Assembly (NCBI GenBank): GCA_017461055.1
Contig: JAFTZI010000061.1
Location: forward strand, 1 to 55,775
Source: Clostridia bacterium
GTDB taxonomy: Bacteria; Bacillota; Clostridia; Oscillospirales; CAG-272
Reading direction: 5' to 3'
DNA: 55,775 nt
Of the stretch, positions 34,605-44,202 are shown piece by piece; within the stretch, counting starts at the first letter, position 1; the number at the start of each line of letters is the position of its first letter. Both the position numbers and the translations under genes were made by a program. The notes beneath the pieces were generated by a model that worked only from the letters and a program-made list of their open reading frames with translations, had not been told where the DNA came from and ran no database searches.

Positions 34605-36803
34605 TTATTTGTCCCTTACTAAAATTTTGTCCATAGCTTCAAGTCGTCTTCTTGCAAAATCAATAATTTGCTCAAGGTGGTCACGGTTTTGAGTAGGAAC
34701 ACCGGTCCATTTACTCTTTTCCGCATTTCTTACAATGTCGGGTATTTTGTTAAAGAAGGCGGTAAACCTTGCGCTGATATGCTCAACTGTGTAAACGCTT
34801 TCCCTTAACTCCCAATATCTTTCAACAATTTGGTCGTAGAAATTAATGTATAATTTCTTCCAAAGAGTGTTGTAAACAACGATACCTGCATCGGAATAGC
34901 TAAAGTCATTAATCGCCATATCGTTTTCGCTGTATACTATTTGTCCGTCCCATCTCATACCCCAGGTTCCGTCCATATCGTATACGCTTGAAAACCATTT
35001 TGTTCCGTCGTAGGTTACCCACAGTATGTTTTTACTTATATTGTCATCAGCGCACATCAAGAAGGTGTATATCATAGAATCAATGCACTTTTCAACATCG
35101 GCATATTTGGAAATGCCATCAACAAATGCCTGACCGTCATTGTTTAAAACAAAGCTGATAAGATTGTTAAGGCTTTCCACCACCCAAAGAGTGCTGTTGT
35201 CAACATCGCTTTCCTCGTTTGAAGCAAATTCAAGCTCCCAGCCCGATGAGCCGGTCCAAATCTTATTGTTGGCATTGTAGGAGATAAGCTCGTGCATAGC
35301 AACGGAATTGCTCCATTGCTCACCCATTACAATAGCTTGCTTCTTTTCGTCGCTGTCCTCCATATCAAACATCCACTTGTCCTTTGGAATGTTCATTGTG
35401 TAAAGACCTAAGAAATCACCGTTATTGTAAACTAAAACAGGATAACCGTCAATAGCTCCACCGTTTACAAGATTGCTTAATTCATCCTCTGTATCTCTTG
35501 ACCTTATAACATCACCGAAAATCTGAGCGGAAACCACGTTTCTTGCCTGTGAATAGTCAACCCAGTTAGCCTTCAGACAGTACTTGAATTCCTTGCCCCA
35601 GCCGTCATACATTTCAACCTTGTTTTTGCTTCCGTCAGCATTATAAAGCTTAATGGAGTAGTTCTTTTTAGGCTTGGAGGCACTGGACGCGCCCTGTACC
35701 TTAATTTCAACATTACATTCAACGGTATTTTCTCCGTCATTATACACAAACGGTATTGTAACGGAGTATGTCTTTGAAATTTTTGAAATATCACCGTTCA
35801 AGTCAACAACAGGCATACCAATATCATTTGGCATAATCGGCTTATAAACCGTGCCTGCTCTTTCATCGGTTGTAAACACACCGCATCTGTTTGTAAGAGG
35901 ATTGGATGCTATAACAATTGATGTAAGTGTTAGCTTTTCCTTATCAAAGGCAAAATTACAAACAGTACAAACTGCATCCTCGTTACAAAGATGGTAGCTT
36001 ATTGTAGACGGATAGGTTGTTATGTCCTGCTTACCGCAATGGCATTCGTAAACCAAACGGCCGTCAGAGCAGGAGGACGGAATGTCCTCAACAAAAACCA
36101 TAGTGTGCCCAAGGGCTTCTCCCTCAGTGCGTGGGCATCTTGTACAGGACCTTGGATTTTCGCAATTTGCTTCTACCCAGTCGTGACCTAAGGGCTTACC
36201 CTTGCCGCCCTTACATACGCTGCAAACGCTTGGCAATGTGCAGGTGGCATCAGCATAATTGTGTCCGGGAGCGCTTTCCTCTACCAAATCACAGGCTGCG
36301 CAAATACGGGGAGTTATGCAGTCAATAAATCTCCAGCTATGTATAATTCCATCTGTGGTTTCATCACCGCAAAGCGTGCATTTTAAAGGCTCCTTGCAGC
36401 TTGTTTGCACCCAATCGTGTCCTAAAGCAACACCCATAGTCGCTTTGCATACCGTACAGGTCTTGGCATCATTGCAGCTTGCCTCTACCCAATTATGCTC
36501 ATTGGTAGCACCGTAAGAGCCGCATAGAGAGCAAAACGGCATTTCCCCACACATAAGAGTAGACCAATTGTGATTATTGGCTTCTCCCTCAGTATGCCCA
36601 CAGGTATAACAGGTTTTAGGAGCAGTGCAGGTCGCGCTTAACCAGTTATGTCCCAAGGCAACACCCTGTGTCTTGTTACAAAGAGTACAGGTAGAGGGCT
36701 TATCACAGGTGGCAATGCTCCAATCGTGCTCACACTCACCGCAGGAGCATAGAGCAACAAGGAAAAGCAAGGAAAGAGTTATTATCAAAACAAATTTTTT
36801 CAT
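34605..36803 (-). CDS. Lipoprotein with N-terminal His/Cys tandem repeats and a C-terminal CotH kinase domain
   Basis: Signal peptide ending LVALCSC; about nine 25-26 aa H-x-W-x2-A-T-C..P-x-T-C-x2-C repeats; CotH motifs QGASS..KKNYSIK, LKANW, DNISKN, YDMDGTWG; GGAG RBS supports 36803. Confidence 0.82.
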   Translation of the reverse strand: MKKFVLIITLSLLFLVALCSCGECEHDWSIATCDKPSTCTLCNKTQGVALGHNWLSATCTAPKTCYTCGHTEGEANNHNWSTLMCGEMPFCSLCGSYGATNEHNWVEASCNDAKTCTVCKATMGVALGHDWVQTSCKEPLKCTLCGDETTDGIIHSWRFIDCITPRICAACDLVEESAPGHNYADATCTLPSVCSVCKGGKGKPLGHDWVEANCENPRSCTRCPRTEGEALGHTMVFVEDIPSSCSDGRLVYECHCGKQDITTYPSTISYHLCNEDAVCTVCNFAFDKEKLTLTSIVIASNPLTNRCGVFTTDERAGTVYKPIMPNDIGMPVVDLNGDISKISKTYSVTIPFVYNDGENTVECNVEIKVQGASSASKPKKNYSIKLYNADGSKNKVEMYDGWGKEFKYCLKANWVDYSQARNVVSAQIFGDVIRSRDTEDELSNLVNGGAIDGYPVLVYNNGDFLGLYTMNIPKDKWMFDMEDSDEKKQAIVMGEQWSNSVAMHELISYNANNKIWTGSSGWELEFASNEESDVDNSTLWVVESLNNLISFVLNNDGQAFVDGISKYADVEKCIDSMIYTFLMCADDNISKNILWVTYDGTKWFSSVYDMDGTWGMRWDGQIVYSENDMAINDFSYSDAGIVVYNTLWKKLYINFYDQIVERYWELRESVYTVEHISARFTAFFNKIPDIVRNAEKSKWTGVPTQNRDHLEQIIDFARRRLEAMDKILVRDK

Positions 36804-37006
36804 ATCAGGCTCCAACATTTATTTCCATAAGCATTATATTTTGCCATTATTTCAATCTACACCAATTATATCATAAATCTAAGCGCTTTTCAATACTCTT
36901 GCAAAAGTAAATATATATTAAATAAATATTAAATTAAAATAATATATTGATTTTGGAGCTTGATTGTGTTAAAATTAAAAAGATAAAAACAAATCAAGAG
37001 GGATTT

Positions 37007-38608
37007 ATGATTACAGTAAACAATTTAACCTTCAACTTCGGAGGACAGGTCCTTTTTAAGGACGTTAATTTAAAGTTCACCCCCGGCAACTGCTACGGTG
37101 TTATCGGTGCAAACGGTGCAGGCAAAAGTACATTTTTAAGAATACTTTGCAAGGAGCTTGAGCCTACAAAGGGAGATGTTTATATTCCCGATAATATCAG
37201 AATGTCTGTTCTTAAGCAGAACCACTTTGCCTATGATGAATACACGGTTTTAGATACCATAATTATGGGTAATGAGCATCTTTACAGCATTATGAAGGAA
37301 AAGGATGCCATTTATTTAAAGGACGATTTTACCGACGAGGACGGTATTCGCGCATCCGAATTAGAGGGTGAGTTTGCCGAGCTTAACGGTTGGGAGGCAG
37401 AGAGTGACGCATCTAAGCTTATTCAAGGCTTAGGACTTAGCGAGGATATGCTGTACGTTCAAATGTCCGACCTTTTGGAAAGCGAAAAAATCAAGGTGCT
37501 TTTAGCGCAGGCTCTTTTCGGAAACCCCGATATTATTCTTTTGGATGAGCCGACAAACGGTCTTGACATTGATGCAATTACCTGGCTTGAGGACTTTTTA
37601 AGCGACTATTTCGGCACAGTATTGGTTGTTTCCCACGACCGTCACTTCTTAAACGATGTTTGTACAAATATAGTTGATATTGACTATACAGGAATAAAAA
37701 TGTACGTAGGTAACTATGAGTTCTGGTATGAATCAAGCCAGCTCATTCAGCGTATGATAAAGCAGCAAAACAAGAGAAATGAGGAAAAAATCAAGGAGCT
37801 TCAGGGCTTTATTTCCCGCTTCTCCGCAAATAAATCCAAATCACGTCAGGCAACCTCAAGAAGAAAGCTTCTTGACAAGCTTACAATTGAGGAGCTTCCT
37901 GCCTCAAGCAGAAGATATCCGTTTATCGGCTTCGATATGGAACGAGAGGCGGGCAAGGACATTTTAACAGTTAAGGACCTTTGCAAAAATCAGGACGGTG
38001 AGGCTTTATTCTCCGATGTTTCCTTTATGGTTGGCAAGGGTGAAAAAATTGCGCTTTTAGGAAACGAAATGGCTGTTACCTCTTTGCTTAAAATCTTAAT
38101 GGAGGAGGAAGAAGCAGACAGCGGCTCCTTTAAATGGGGAATAAGTATTTCAAAATCCTATTTTCCAAAGGACAATATAGAATACTTTGAGGGCTGTCAC
38201 GACTCTATTCTTGACTGGATGAGAAGATATTCCAAGGACCAGACGGAAACCTATCTTCGCGGCTTCCTTGGCAGAATGCTTTTCTCGGGAGACAGCATAT
38301 TTAAAGAGGTTAGCGTCCTTTCGGGAGGCGAAAAGGCAAGATGTATGTTTTCACGTATGATGCTTTTCGGCTCTAACTTCCTGCTTCTTGACCAGCCCAC
38401 AAACCACTTGGACCTTGAGTCTATTACTGCTGTAAACAACGGACTTCGTGAGTTCAAGGGAAATATACTTTTCTATTCACACGACTATGAAACCGTAAAT
38501 ACGGTTGCAAACCGTATCATTGAGCTTTTGCCAAATGGCGGTATTCTTGACTTCAGCGGCACCTACGAGCAGTTTATAGAGTACAAAAAGGAAAAGGGCT
38601 TAATGTAA
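37007..38608 (+). CDS. ABC-F family ATPase (YbiT/YkpA-like)
   Basis: Two ABC domains, no TM segments; GANGAGKST, DEPTNGLD, FSANKSKSRQATSR linker; RBS supports ATG 37007. Confidence 0.9.
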   Translation: MITVNNLTFNFGGQVLFKDVNLKFTPGNCYGVIGANGAGKSTFLRILCKELEPTKGDVYIPDNIRMSVLKQNHFAYDEYTVLDTIIMGNEHLYSIMKEKDAIYLKDDFTDEDGIRASELEGEFAELNGWEAESDASKLIQGLGLSEDMLYVQMSDLLESEKIKVLLAQALFGNPDIILLDEPTNGLDIDAITWLEDFLSDYFGTVLVVSHDRHFLNDVCTNIVDIDYTGIKMYVGNYEFWYESSQLIQRMIKQQNKRNEEKIKELQGFISRFSANKSKSRQATSRRKLLDKLTIEELPASSRRYPFIGFDMEREAGKDILTVKDLCKNQDGEALFSDVSFMVGKGEKIALLGNEMAVTSLLKILMEEEEADSGSFKWGISISKSYFPKDNIEYFEGCHDSILDWMRRYSKDQTETYLRGFLGRMLFSGDSIFKEVSVLSGGEKARCMFSRMMLFGSNFLLLDQPTNHLDLESITAVNNGLREFKGNILFYSHDYETVNTVANRIIELLPNGGILDFSGTYEQFIEYKKEKGLM

Positions 38609-38611
38609 TTT

Positions 38612-39850
38612 ATGGAAAATTACGAACAAAAAAGAGTAGCTGTAATCGGCGCAGGACCGGCGGGCATGATGAGCGCTATACAGTCTGCCTACAACGGTGC
38701 TTCGGTTACAGTGTTTGAAAAAAATGACCGAGTTGGCAAAAAGCTTGCAATAACAGGCAAGGGCAGATGCAATGTTACAAACGACTGCGATAACGGAGAG
38801 CTTTTAAAAAACATTATTTCTAACCCGAAGTTTCTCTATGCTGCCTTTAGTCATTTTGATACACAAGCAACTAAAGCCTTCTTTGAAAGCCTTGGTGTTA
38901 AGCTGAAAACCGAGAGGGGCAGACGTGTGTTTCCTGAGTCAGATAAGGCAATGGACATAGTTTTTGCTCTTAAAAAATGTATGCTTGACGCAGGCGTTAC
39001 CCTTAAGCACGAAAGGGTAAGAGAAATTACAGTAAAGGACGGTCACGTTACAGGAATTAAAGCGTCAAGGGAATACAGCTTTGATGCGGTAATCGTTGCC
39101 TGTGGCGGCGCATCCTACCCACAAACCGGCTCTGACGGTGATGGCTTTGCCATAGCTAAGAGCATAGGACATACAATTACCCCGTTAGCTCCTTCCTTAG
39201 TTCCCCTTGAAACAACGGAGAATTTAAGCGAAATTATGGGTGTGTCCTTAAAAAATGTAGTCCTTAAAATTAAAAATAACCAAACAGGCAAAATAGTATT
39301 TGAGGAAATGGGTGAAATGCTGTTTACTCATTTTGGCTTAAGCGGACCGCTTGTGCTTTCCGCATCCTGCCATATGGCAAAAATGGAAAAGGGAAAGTAT
39401 TCAGCACTTATAGACTTTAAGCCCGCTCTTGATATAAAAGCCCTTGACACAAGAATTTTAAGCGACTTTTCAAAGCAGTTAAATAAAGATTTTCAAAATT
39501 CCTTAGGTGGCTTGCTGCCTTCAAAAATAATACCGTTTATGGTAAGAAAAAGCGGCATTGAGCCAAACGCCAAGGTAAATACTATTACAAAAGAGCAAAG
39601 AATGTCATTAATAAACACCTTGAAATCGCTAACCCTTGAAATCAAGGGCTTTCGTCCCATAAAGGAAGCAATTGTCACACAGGGCGGCGTCAAGGTCAGC
39701 GAAATCAATCCTTCAACAATGGAGTCAAGAATAGTAAAGGGACTTTACTTTGCGGGAGAGGTAATAGATGTAGATGCTTATACAGGCGGCTACAATTTGC
39801 AAATTGCATTTTCAACCGGCTCCTTAGCGGGTACAAATGCAGCGTGGTAA
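38612..39850 (+). CDS. HI0933/BaiN family NAD(P)/FAD-dependent oxidoreductase
   Basis: [56 protein letters not shown]. Confidence 0.9.
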   Translation: MENYEQKRVAVIGAGPAGMMSAIQSAYNGASVTVFEKNDRVGKKLAITGKGRCNVTNDCDNGELLKNIISNPKFLYAAFSHFDTQATKAFFESLGVKLKTERGRRVFPESDKAMDIVFALKKCMLDAGVTLKHERVREITVKDGHVTGIKASREYSFDAVIVACGGASYPQTGSDGDGFAIAKSIGHTITPLAPSLVPLETTENLSEIMGVSLKNVVLKIKNNQTGKIVFEEMGEMLFTHFGLSGPLVLSASCHMAKMEKGKYSALIDFKPALDIKALDTRILSDFSKQLNKDFQNSLGGLLPSKIIPFMVRKSGIEPNAKVNTITKEQRMSLINTLKSLTLEIKGFRPIKEAIVTQGGVKVSEINPSTMESRIVKGLYFAGEVIDVDAYTGGYNLQIAFSTGSLAGTNAAW

Positions 39851-39887
39851 ATAAATTTCAGCGTGAAAGAATAAAGGAGATGCTTTT

Positions 39888-40553
39888 ATGAAAATAGCAC
39901 TTGACGGACCAAGCGGAGCCGGCAAAAGCACAGTTGCCAAGGCTCTTGCAAAAAGACTTGGTATTATATATGTAGATACAGGAGCGCTTTATCGCACAAT
40001 CGGTCTTTACGTAAGAAGAAAGGGCATTGATAAGGATGACAGGGACGGTATTATTTCCTGCCTTGATGAAATTGATTTGAATATGGAGTTTAAAAACTCC
40101 GAGCAAATAATTACCTTAAACGGTGAGGTTGTGGGAGATAGCATTCGCACAGGTGAAATTGCTATGTACGCATCAAAGGTATCTGCAATTCCTGAGGTAA
40201 GAAGCTTTTTGCTTGACACGCAAAGAGATATTGCAAACAAAAACAGCGTTGTAATGGACGGACGCGATATCGGTACAGTTATTTTGCCTGACGCAGAGGT
40301 AAAGGTGTTTATGGTAGCATCCCCCGAGGCAAGAGCCGAAAGAAGATATAAGGAGCTTATAGCCAAGGGCGAAAGCTGCACACTTGAGTCTGTTCTTGCC
40401 GATATTAATTTAAGAGATAAGAACGACTCCACAAGACAAGCTGCCCCTTGCGTGCCTGCTTCCGATGCTGTAATTTTTGATAACTCCGGCTATGACGTTG
40501 AGCAAAGCGTTGATAAGGTTATTGAAATAATTAAATCAAAGGTGAGCCTATGA
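39888..40553 (+). CDS. cmk: Cytidylate kinase
   Basis: IALDGPSGAGKST, DTGALYR, VMDGRDIGTVI. Confidence 0.96.
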   Translation: MKIALDGPSGAGKSTVAKALAKRLGIIYVDTGALYRTIGLYVRRKGIDKDDRDGIISCLDEIDLNMEFKNSEQIITLNGEVVGDSIRTGEIAMYASKVSAIPEVRSFLLDTQRDIANKNSVVMDGRDIGTVILPDAEVKVFMVASPEARAERRYKELIAKGESCTLESVLADINLRDKNDSTRQAAPCVPASDAVIFDNSGYDVEQSVDKVIEIIKSKVSL

Positions 40554-41167
40554 ACAAGTTTTACACACGAGTAAAAAAGCTCTTTGGCTGGATATTCAAA
40601 AAGCTGTATAGGGTAAGAATAGTAAACCCCGAAAACGAGGTAACCGATAAACCGTATATCGTATGCTGTAACCACACAGCCTTGATGGATGTAACAATCA
40701 TTAGCCTATCTATGAAAACACAGGTTCGCTATATGGCAAAAAAAGAGGTATTCAAGGTTCCTGTTTTAAGCAGCTTTGTAAAGGCTATGGGAGCATTTCC
40801 CGTTGACAGAAAGCGCGGAGATGTGGGAGCGGTCAAAAAAACAATAGAGCTTTTAAAGAACGGTGAGTGCGTCGGCATTTTCCCACAGGGAACGAGAATG
40901 CCCTATGTTCACCCAAAGGATACAGAAATTAAAAACGGAATAGGTATGTTTGCCGAGCGCGCAGGAGTTGGTATTGTGCCTGTGTGCATAAGAACTAAAA
41001 AGCACAAGCTGAAGCTATTCAGAAAAACCGAATTTATAATAGGCGACTACATTCCACCAAGCGAGCTTTCCTTTGATGAATACACGGGCAAGGAAAAATA
41101 TCAAAAAATAGCAGACTATGCCTTTTCTAAGGTGATAGAGCTTTACGACGGAGCAAAGGGCGTATGA
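40550..41167 (+). CDS. plsC: 1-acyl-sn-glycerol-3-phosphate acyltransferase
   Basis: NH-x4-D (NHTALMD), MAKKE, FPVDR, FPQGTR. Confidence 0.88.
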   Translation: MNKFYTRVKKLFGWIFKKLYRVRIVNPENEVTDKPYIVCCNHTALMDVTIISLSMKTQVRYMAKKEVFKVPVLSSFVKAMGAFPVDRKRGDVGAVKKTIELLKNGECVGIFPQGTRMPYVHPKDTEIKNGIGMFAERAGVGIVPVCIRTKKHKLKLFRKTEFIIGDYIPPSELSFDEYTGKEKYQKIADYAFSKVIELYDGAKGV

Positions 41168-43200
41168 TAACAGTTGCAAAAAACGCAGGCTTTTGCTTTG
41201 GAGTAAGACGCGCAACCGATAAGGTAGAGGAGCTAATAAGGGAAAAAGCAGATAATGATATAATATGTACCCTTGGTAAGCTTATTCATAACGAGCAGTA
41301 TAACAAATTTTTAGAGGATAACGGTGTTAGTGTACAAAGCGTTGACGGAATTGATGAGCTGTTGGAAAAGGCACAAAACGGAATAAACGTCACAGTAGTT
41401 ATAAGAACACACGGTATTGAGCATGACATACAAAAGAAGCTTGAAGACTGTACGAAGGCATCAGAGAATTTCCACCTCGTTGACTGTACTTGCCCGTACG
41501 TTAAGAAAATACATAAAATTGCGTCTGAAAACTCAGCTAAAGAAGAAATTTTTATCCTGATAGGACAAGAACAGCATCCCGAGGTTAAGTCCATTATGAG
41601 CTATGTAAACCATAACGGACACGTTTTCAGCTCCTCGGATGAGCTTGAAGAGTACTTAAAAGCCAATGATTTATCAAATTTTAAGGTAAATATGGCTGCT
41701 CAAACGACTCAAAAGCTGACAGAATGGGAAAAAAGTGAAAAAATTATCAAAAAATACTGTACAAATGCAAAAATTTTTGGTACAATATGTAGTGTGACTG
41801 AAAAAAGGCAGACAGAAGCAATGGAGTTAAGTCAAAAATGTGACCTTATGCTTGTCATAGGTGGCAGGGACAGCTCCAATACTGCAAAGCTGACACAGGT
41901 TTGCAAATGCTATTGCCCAAATACCCATTGGGTTGAAACAGCAGGCGATGTTATGCTTGACAAAATCGGACACACGAATAATATTGGTATAACTGCAGGG
42001 GCTTCCACTCCTGACAGTATAATACAGGAGGTAAAAGAAATCATGGAAAATCTAAACGAAAACTTTGCGCAAATGCTCGAGGAAGAGTATGCAAAGAAAG
42101 CGAAAATATATGTAGGAGCAACAGTTACCGGTACAGTTATGGCTATTTCCGAAAACGAAATCAGCCTTGACCTTGGCGATAAGCTTACAGGTGTTATCAC
42201 AAGAGACCAGATAACAGATTCCAACGATGTTAAGCTTTCCGCTCTCTTCAAAATCGGTGACGAGGTTGAAGCATCCGTTATGAGCAAGAGCGACGTTGAC
42301 GGTATCGCTATTCTTTCTAAGAAGAAGGTTGACATTATTAAGAATTGGCAAAAAATTGTTGACTATAACGCAAATGGCGATGTGGTAAGCGCAAAGATTA
42401 CAAAGGCTACAAAGGGTGGCTTAATCGCAACAATTGACGGAGTTGAGGTGTTTATTCCTGCTTCAATGACAGGTGTTGAAAAGGACGGCAATATGGAAGA
42501 GCTTGTTAACTCAACACAGGACGTTAAGGTTGTTGAAATCAAAGAGGACAGACGTCGTGCCATCGCATCCATTAAGGCTGTTCTTCGTGAAAGAAAGGCT
42601 GCTGAAAAGGAAGCATTCTGGGCTTCTCTTCAAGAGGGTATGGTATTTGAGGGTCCTGTTAAGAGCTTGACATCCTATGGCGCATTTGTTGACCTTGGCG
42701 GAGTTGACGGTCTTGTACATATTACAGAGCTTTCTTGGAAGAGACTTAAGCATCCAAATGAGGTTGTTAAGGTTGGCGATGTAATTAAGGTGTTTGTTAA
42801 GTCCTTTGATAAGGAAGCTAACAGAATTTCACTCGGTCATAAGACAGATGATGAAAATCCTTGGAACATCTTTATGTCCAAGTACGCAGTTGGTGACGTT
42901 GCATCTGTAAAGATTGTTGGCGTTACAACATTCGGTGCATTTGCAGAAATCGTTGCAGGTGTTGACGGTCTTATTCACATTAGCCAAATTGCAAACAAGA
43001 AGATTGATTCTGTTGCAAACGTATTAAAGGTTGGCGATGTTGTTGATGCTCAGGTAACAGGCATTGACGAGGAAAAGCAAAAGGTTTCACTTTCAATGAG
43101 AGCGCTTCTTGAAGAGGAAGAGGCTTCTGAGGAAGTAGCTGAAGAGGCTGTTGAAGAAGCAGCTGAAAAGGCTACAGAAGAAAACACTGACGCTGAATAA
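41164..43200 (+). CDS. ispH: Bifunctional IspH (HMBPP reductase) / 30S ribosomal protein S1 fusion
   Basis: [37 protein letters not shown], then four S1 domains ([21 protein letters not shown]). Confidence 0.95.
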   Translation: MITVAKNAGFCFGVRRATDKVEELIREKADNDIICTLGKLIHNEQYNKFLEDNGVSVQSVDGIDELLEKAQNGINVTVVIRTHGIEHDIQKKLEDCTKASENFHLVDCTCPYVKKIHKIASENSAKEEIFILIGQEQHPEVKSIMSYVNHNGHVFSSSDELEEYLKANDLSNFKVNMAAQTTQKLTEWEKSEKIIKKYCTNAKIFGTICSVTEKRQTEAMELSQKCDLMLVIGGRDSSNTAKLTQVCKCYCPNTHWVETAGDVMLDKIGHTNNIGITAGASTPDSIIQEVKEIMENLNENFAQMLEEEYAKKAKIYVGATVTGTVMAISENEISLDLGDKLTGVITRDQITDSNDVKLSALFKIGDEVEASVMSKSDVDGIAILSKKKVDIIKNWQKIVDYNANGDVVSAKITKATKGGLIATIDGVEVFIPASMTGVEKDGNMEELVNSTQDVKVVEIKEDRRRAIASIKAVLRERKAAEKEAFWASLQEGMVFEGPVKSLTSYGAFVDLGGVDGLVHITELSWKRLKHPNEVVKVGDVIKVFVKSFDKEANRISLGHKTDDENPWNIFMSKYAVGDVASVKIVGVTTFGAFAEIVAGVDGLIHISQIANKKIDSVANVLKVGDVVDAQVTGIDEEKQKVSLSMRALLEEEEASEEVAEEAVEEAAEKATEENTDAE

Positions 43201-43207
43201 TAAAAAC

Positions 43208-43239
43208 AAAGGACGTTGCATCAAGGCAACGTCCTTTTT
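43208..43239 (+). terminator. Intrinsic terminator
   Basis: AAAGGACGTTGC-atcaag-GCAACGTCCTTTTT. Confidence 0.85.
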
Positions 43240-43248
43240 ATAGGTAAA

Positions 43249-43356
43249 TTAATGACAGCAGCAGGTAAGGACGATAACAGCTAAGATTATCAACCAGATG
43301 CACTCATTGTCGAAAAGACCGCATAAACAGTTATTCATAGTATTACCAAGCTCCAT
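43249..43356 (-). CDS. Small Cys-rich hydrophobic peptide (35 aa, or 29 aa from 43338), probably sporulation-related; absent from the ORF track
   Basis: MELGNTMNNCLCGLFDNECIWLIILAVIVLTCCCH; AAGGA RBS; sigmaK-type promoter upstream. Confidence 0.7.
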   Translation of the reverse strand: MELGNTMNNCLCGLFDNECIWLIILAVIVLTCCCH

Positions 43357-43403
43357 ATGGATTTTTCCTTTTTAAGAATTAGAGAGTGTTGCTCTCTGTT
43401 ATA

Positions 43404-43431
43404 ATACTATGTCGAAAAACAGAAATGGGTT
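43404..43431 (-). promoter_or_regulatory. sigmaK-type sporulation promoter
   Basis: Minus strand AACC-16 nt-CATAGTAT matches mACm-N16-CATA---T. Confidence 0.55.
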
Positions 43432-43464
43432 ACAAAAAATGACGATTATTAAAAAATTTTAAAA

Positions 43465-44097
43465 TTAACTCAATGTCAGCTTATCTGCATTTAAGAAATC
43501 GTGTGCCGCTATTGTGCTATCTGCCGGAACAGTCGCACTTTTTTTACATTTCTTACATTTTACAGTAACATAGTCGCTGTAAACATTACATTCATATTCG
43601 CCCTCACCCTCGTGACAGCCACAGTAAATCTTACCCTCGTCGTTAAGCTCGTGAACAACATAGGTAACAATTTCCACAACCTGTGGATCGGAAAGGTCGT
43701 GCTTTTTGTCGTTTTTTAAGCTTTCAAGAGAGCTATCTCCCAGCGCCCTTAAAATCTCCTCATTGGAATGCTGAACTGCATCCCTTACATTTCCTTCCTT
43801 ACCGATAAAGCAAAGGTCAACACCGCAAAGTGAGCAGGGAATAATAAAAATGTCACTGTTAAAGAAAACATCACGTGAAAGCGTGTAGGTGTGCGGTGAA
43901 GGACAGGCAACGCAAGGCACGCAAAGACGGAGCTTGCCGTCACGTAGCTTTTCAACGGTCATAGTGCTGCCGCCGCAGTCACACTTAAGCTTAAAAAGGT
44001 CACCGCTTAAGGAAAAAGCGCCAACCATACTTGTAGGCACGCCGCCACAAATGGGACATCTATATGCAAGAGTAGTCTTTTTTTGGTCTATAATCAT
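43465..44097 (-). CDS. Hypothetical multi-Cys (zinc-ribbon-like) protein
   Basis: 210 aa with CPICG, CDCG, CVAC, CSLCG, CGC, CKKC; GAGG RBS. Confidence 0.7.
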   Translation of the reverse strand: MIIDQKKTTLAYRCPICGGVPTSMVGAFSLSGDLFKLKCDCGGSTMTVEKLRDGKLRLCVPCVACPSPHTYTLSRDVFFNSDIFIIPCSLCGVDLCFIGKEGNVRDAVQHSNEEILRALGDSSLESLKNDKKHDLSDPQVVEIVTYVVHELNDEGKIYCGCHEGEGEYECNVYSDYVTVKCKKCKKSATVPADSTIAAHDFLNADKLTLS

Positions 44098-44202
44098 TAT
44101 TTTTACCTCATAAATGAAAAATATCTTTAAATCGCTTATTATTTATGCTATACTAAATTATACATTAATTATAATAAAATGTCAAGATAGGAGGAAATCT
44201 GT

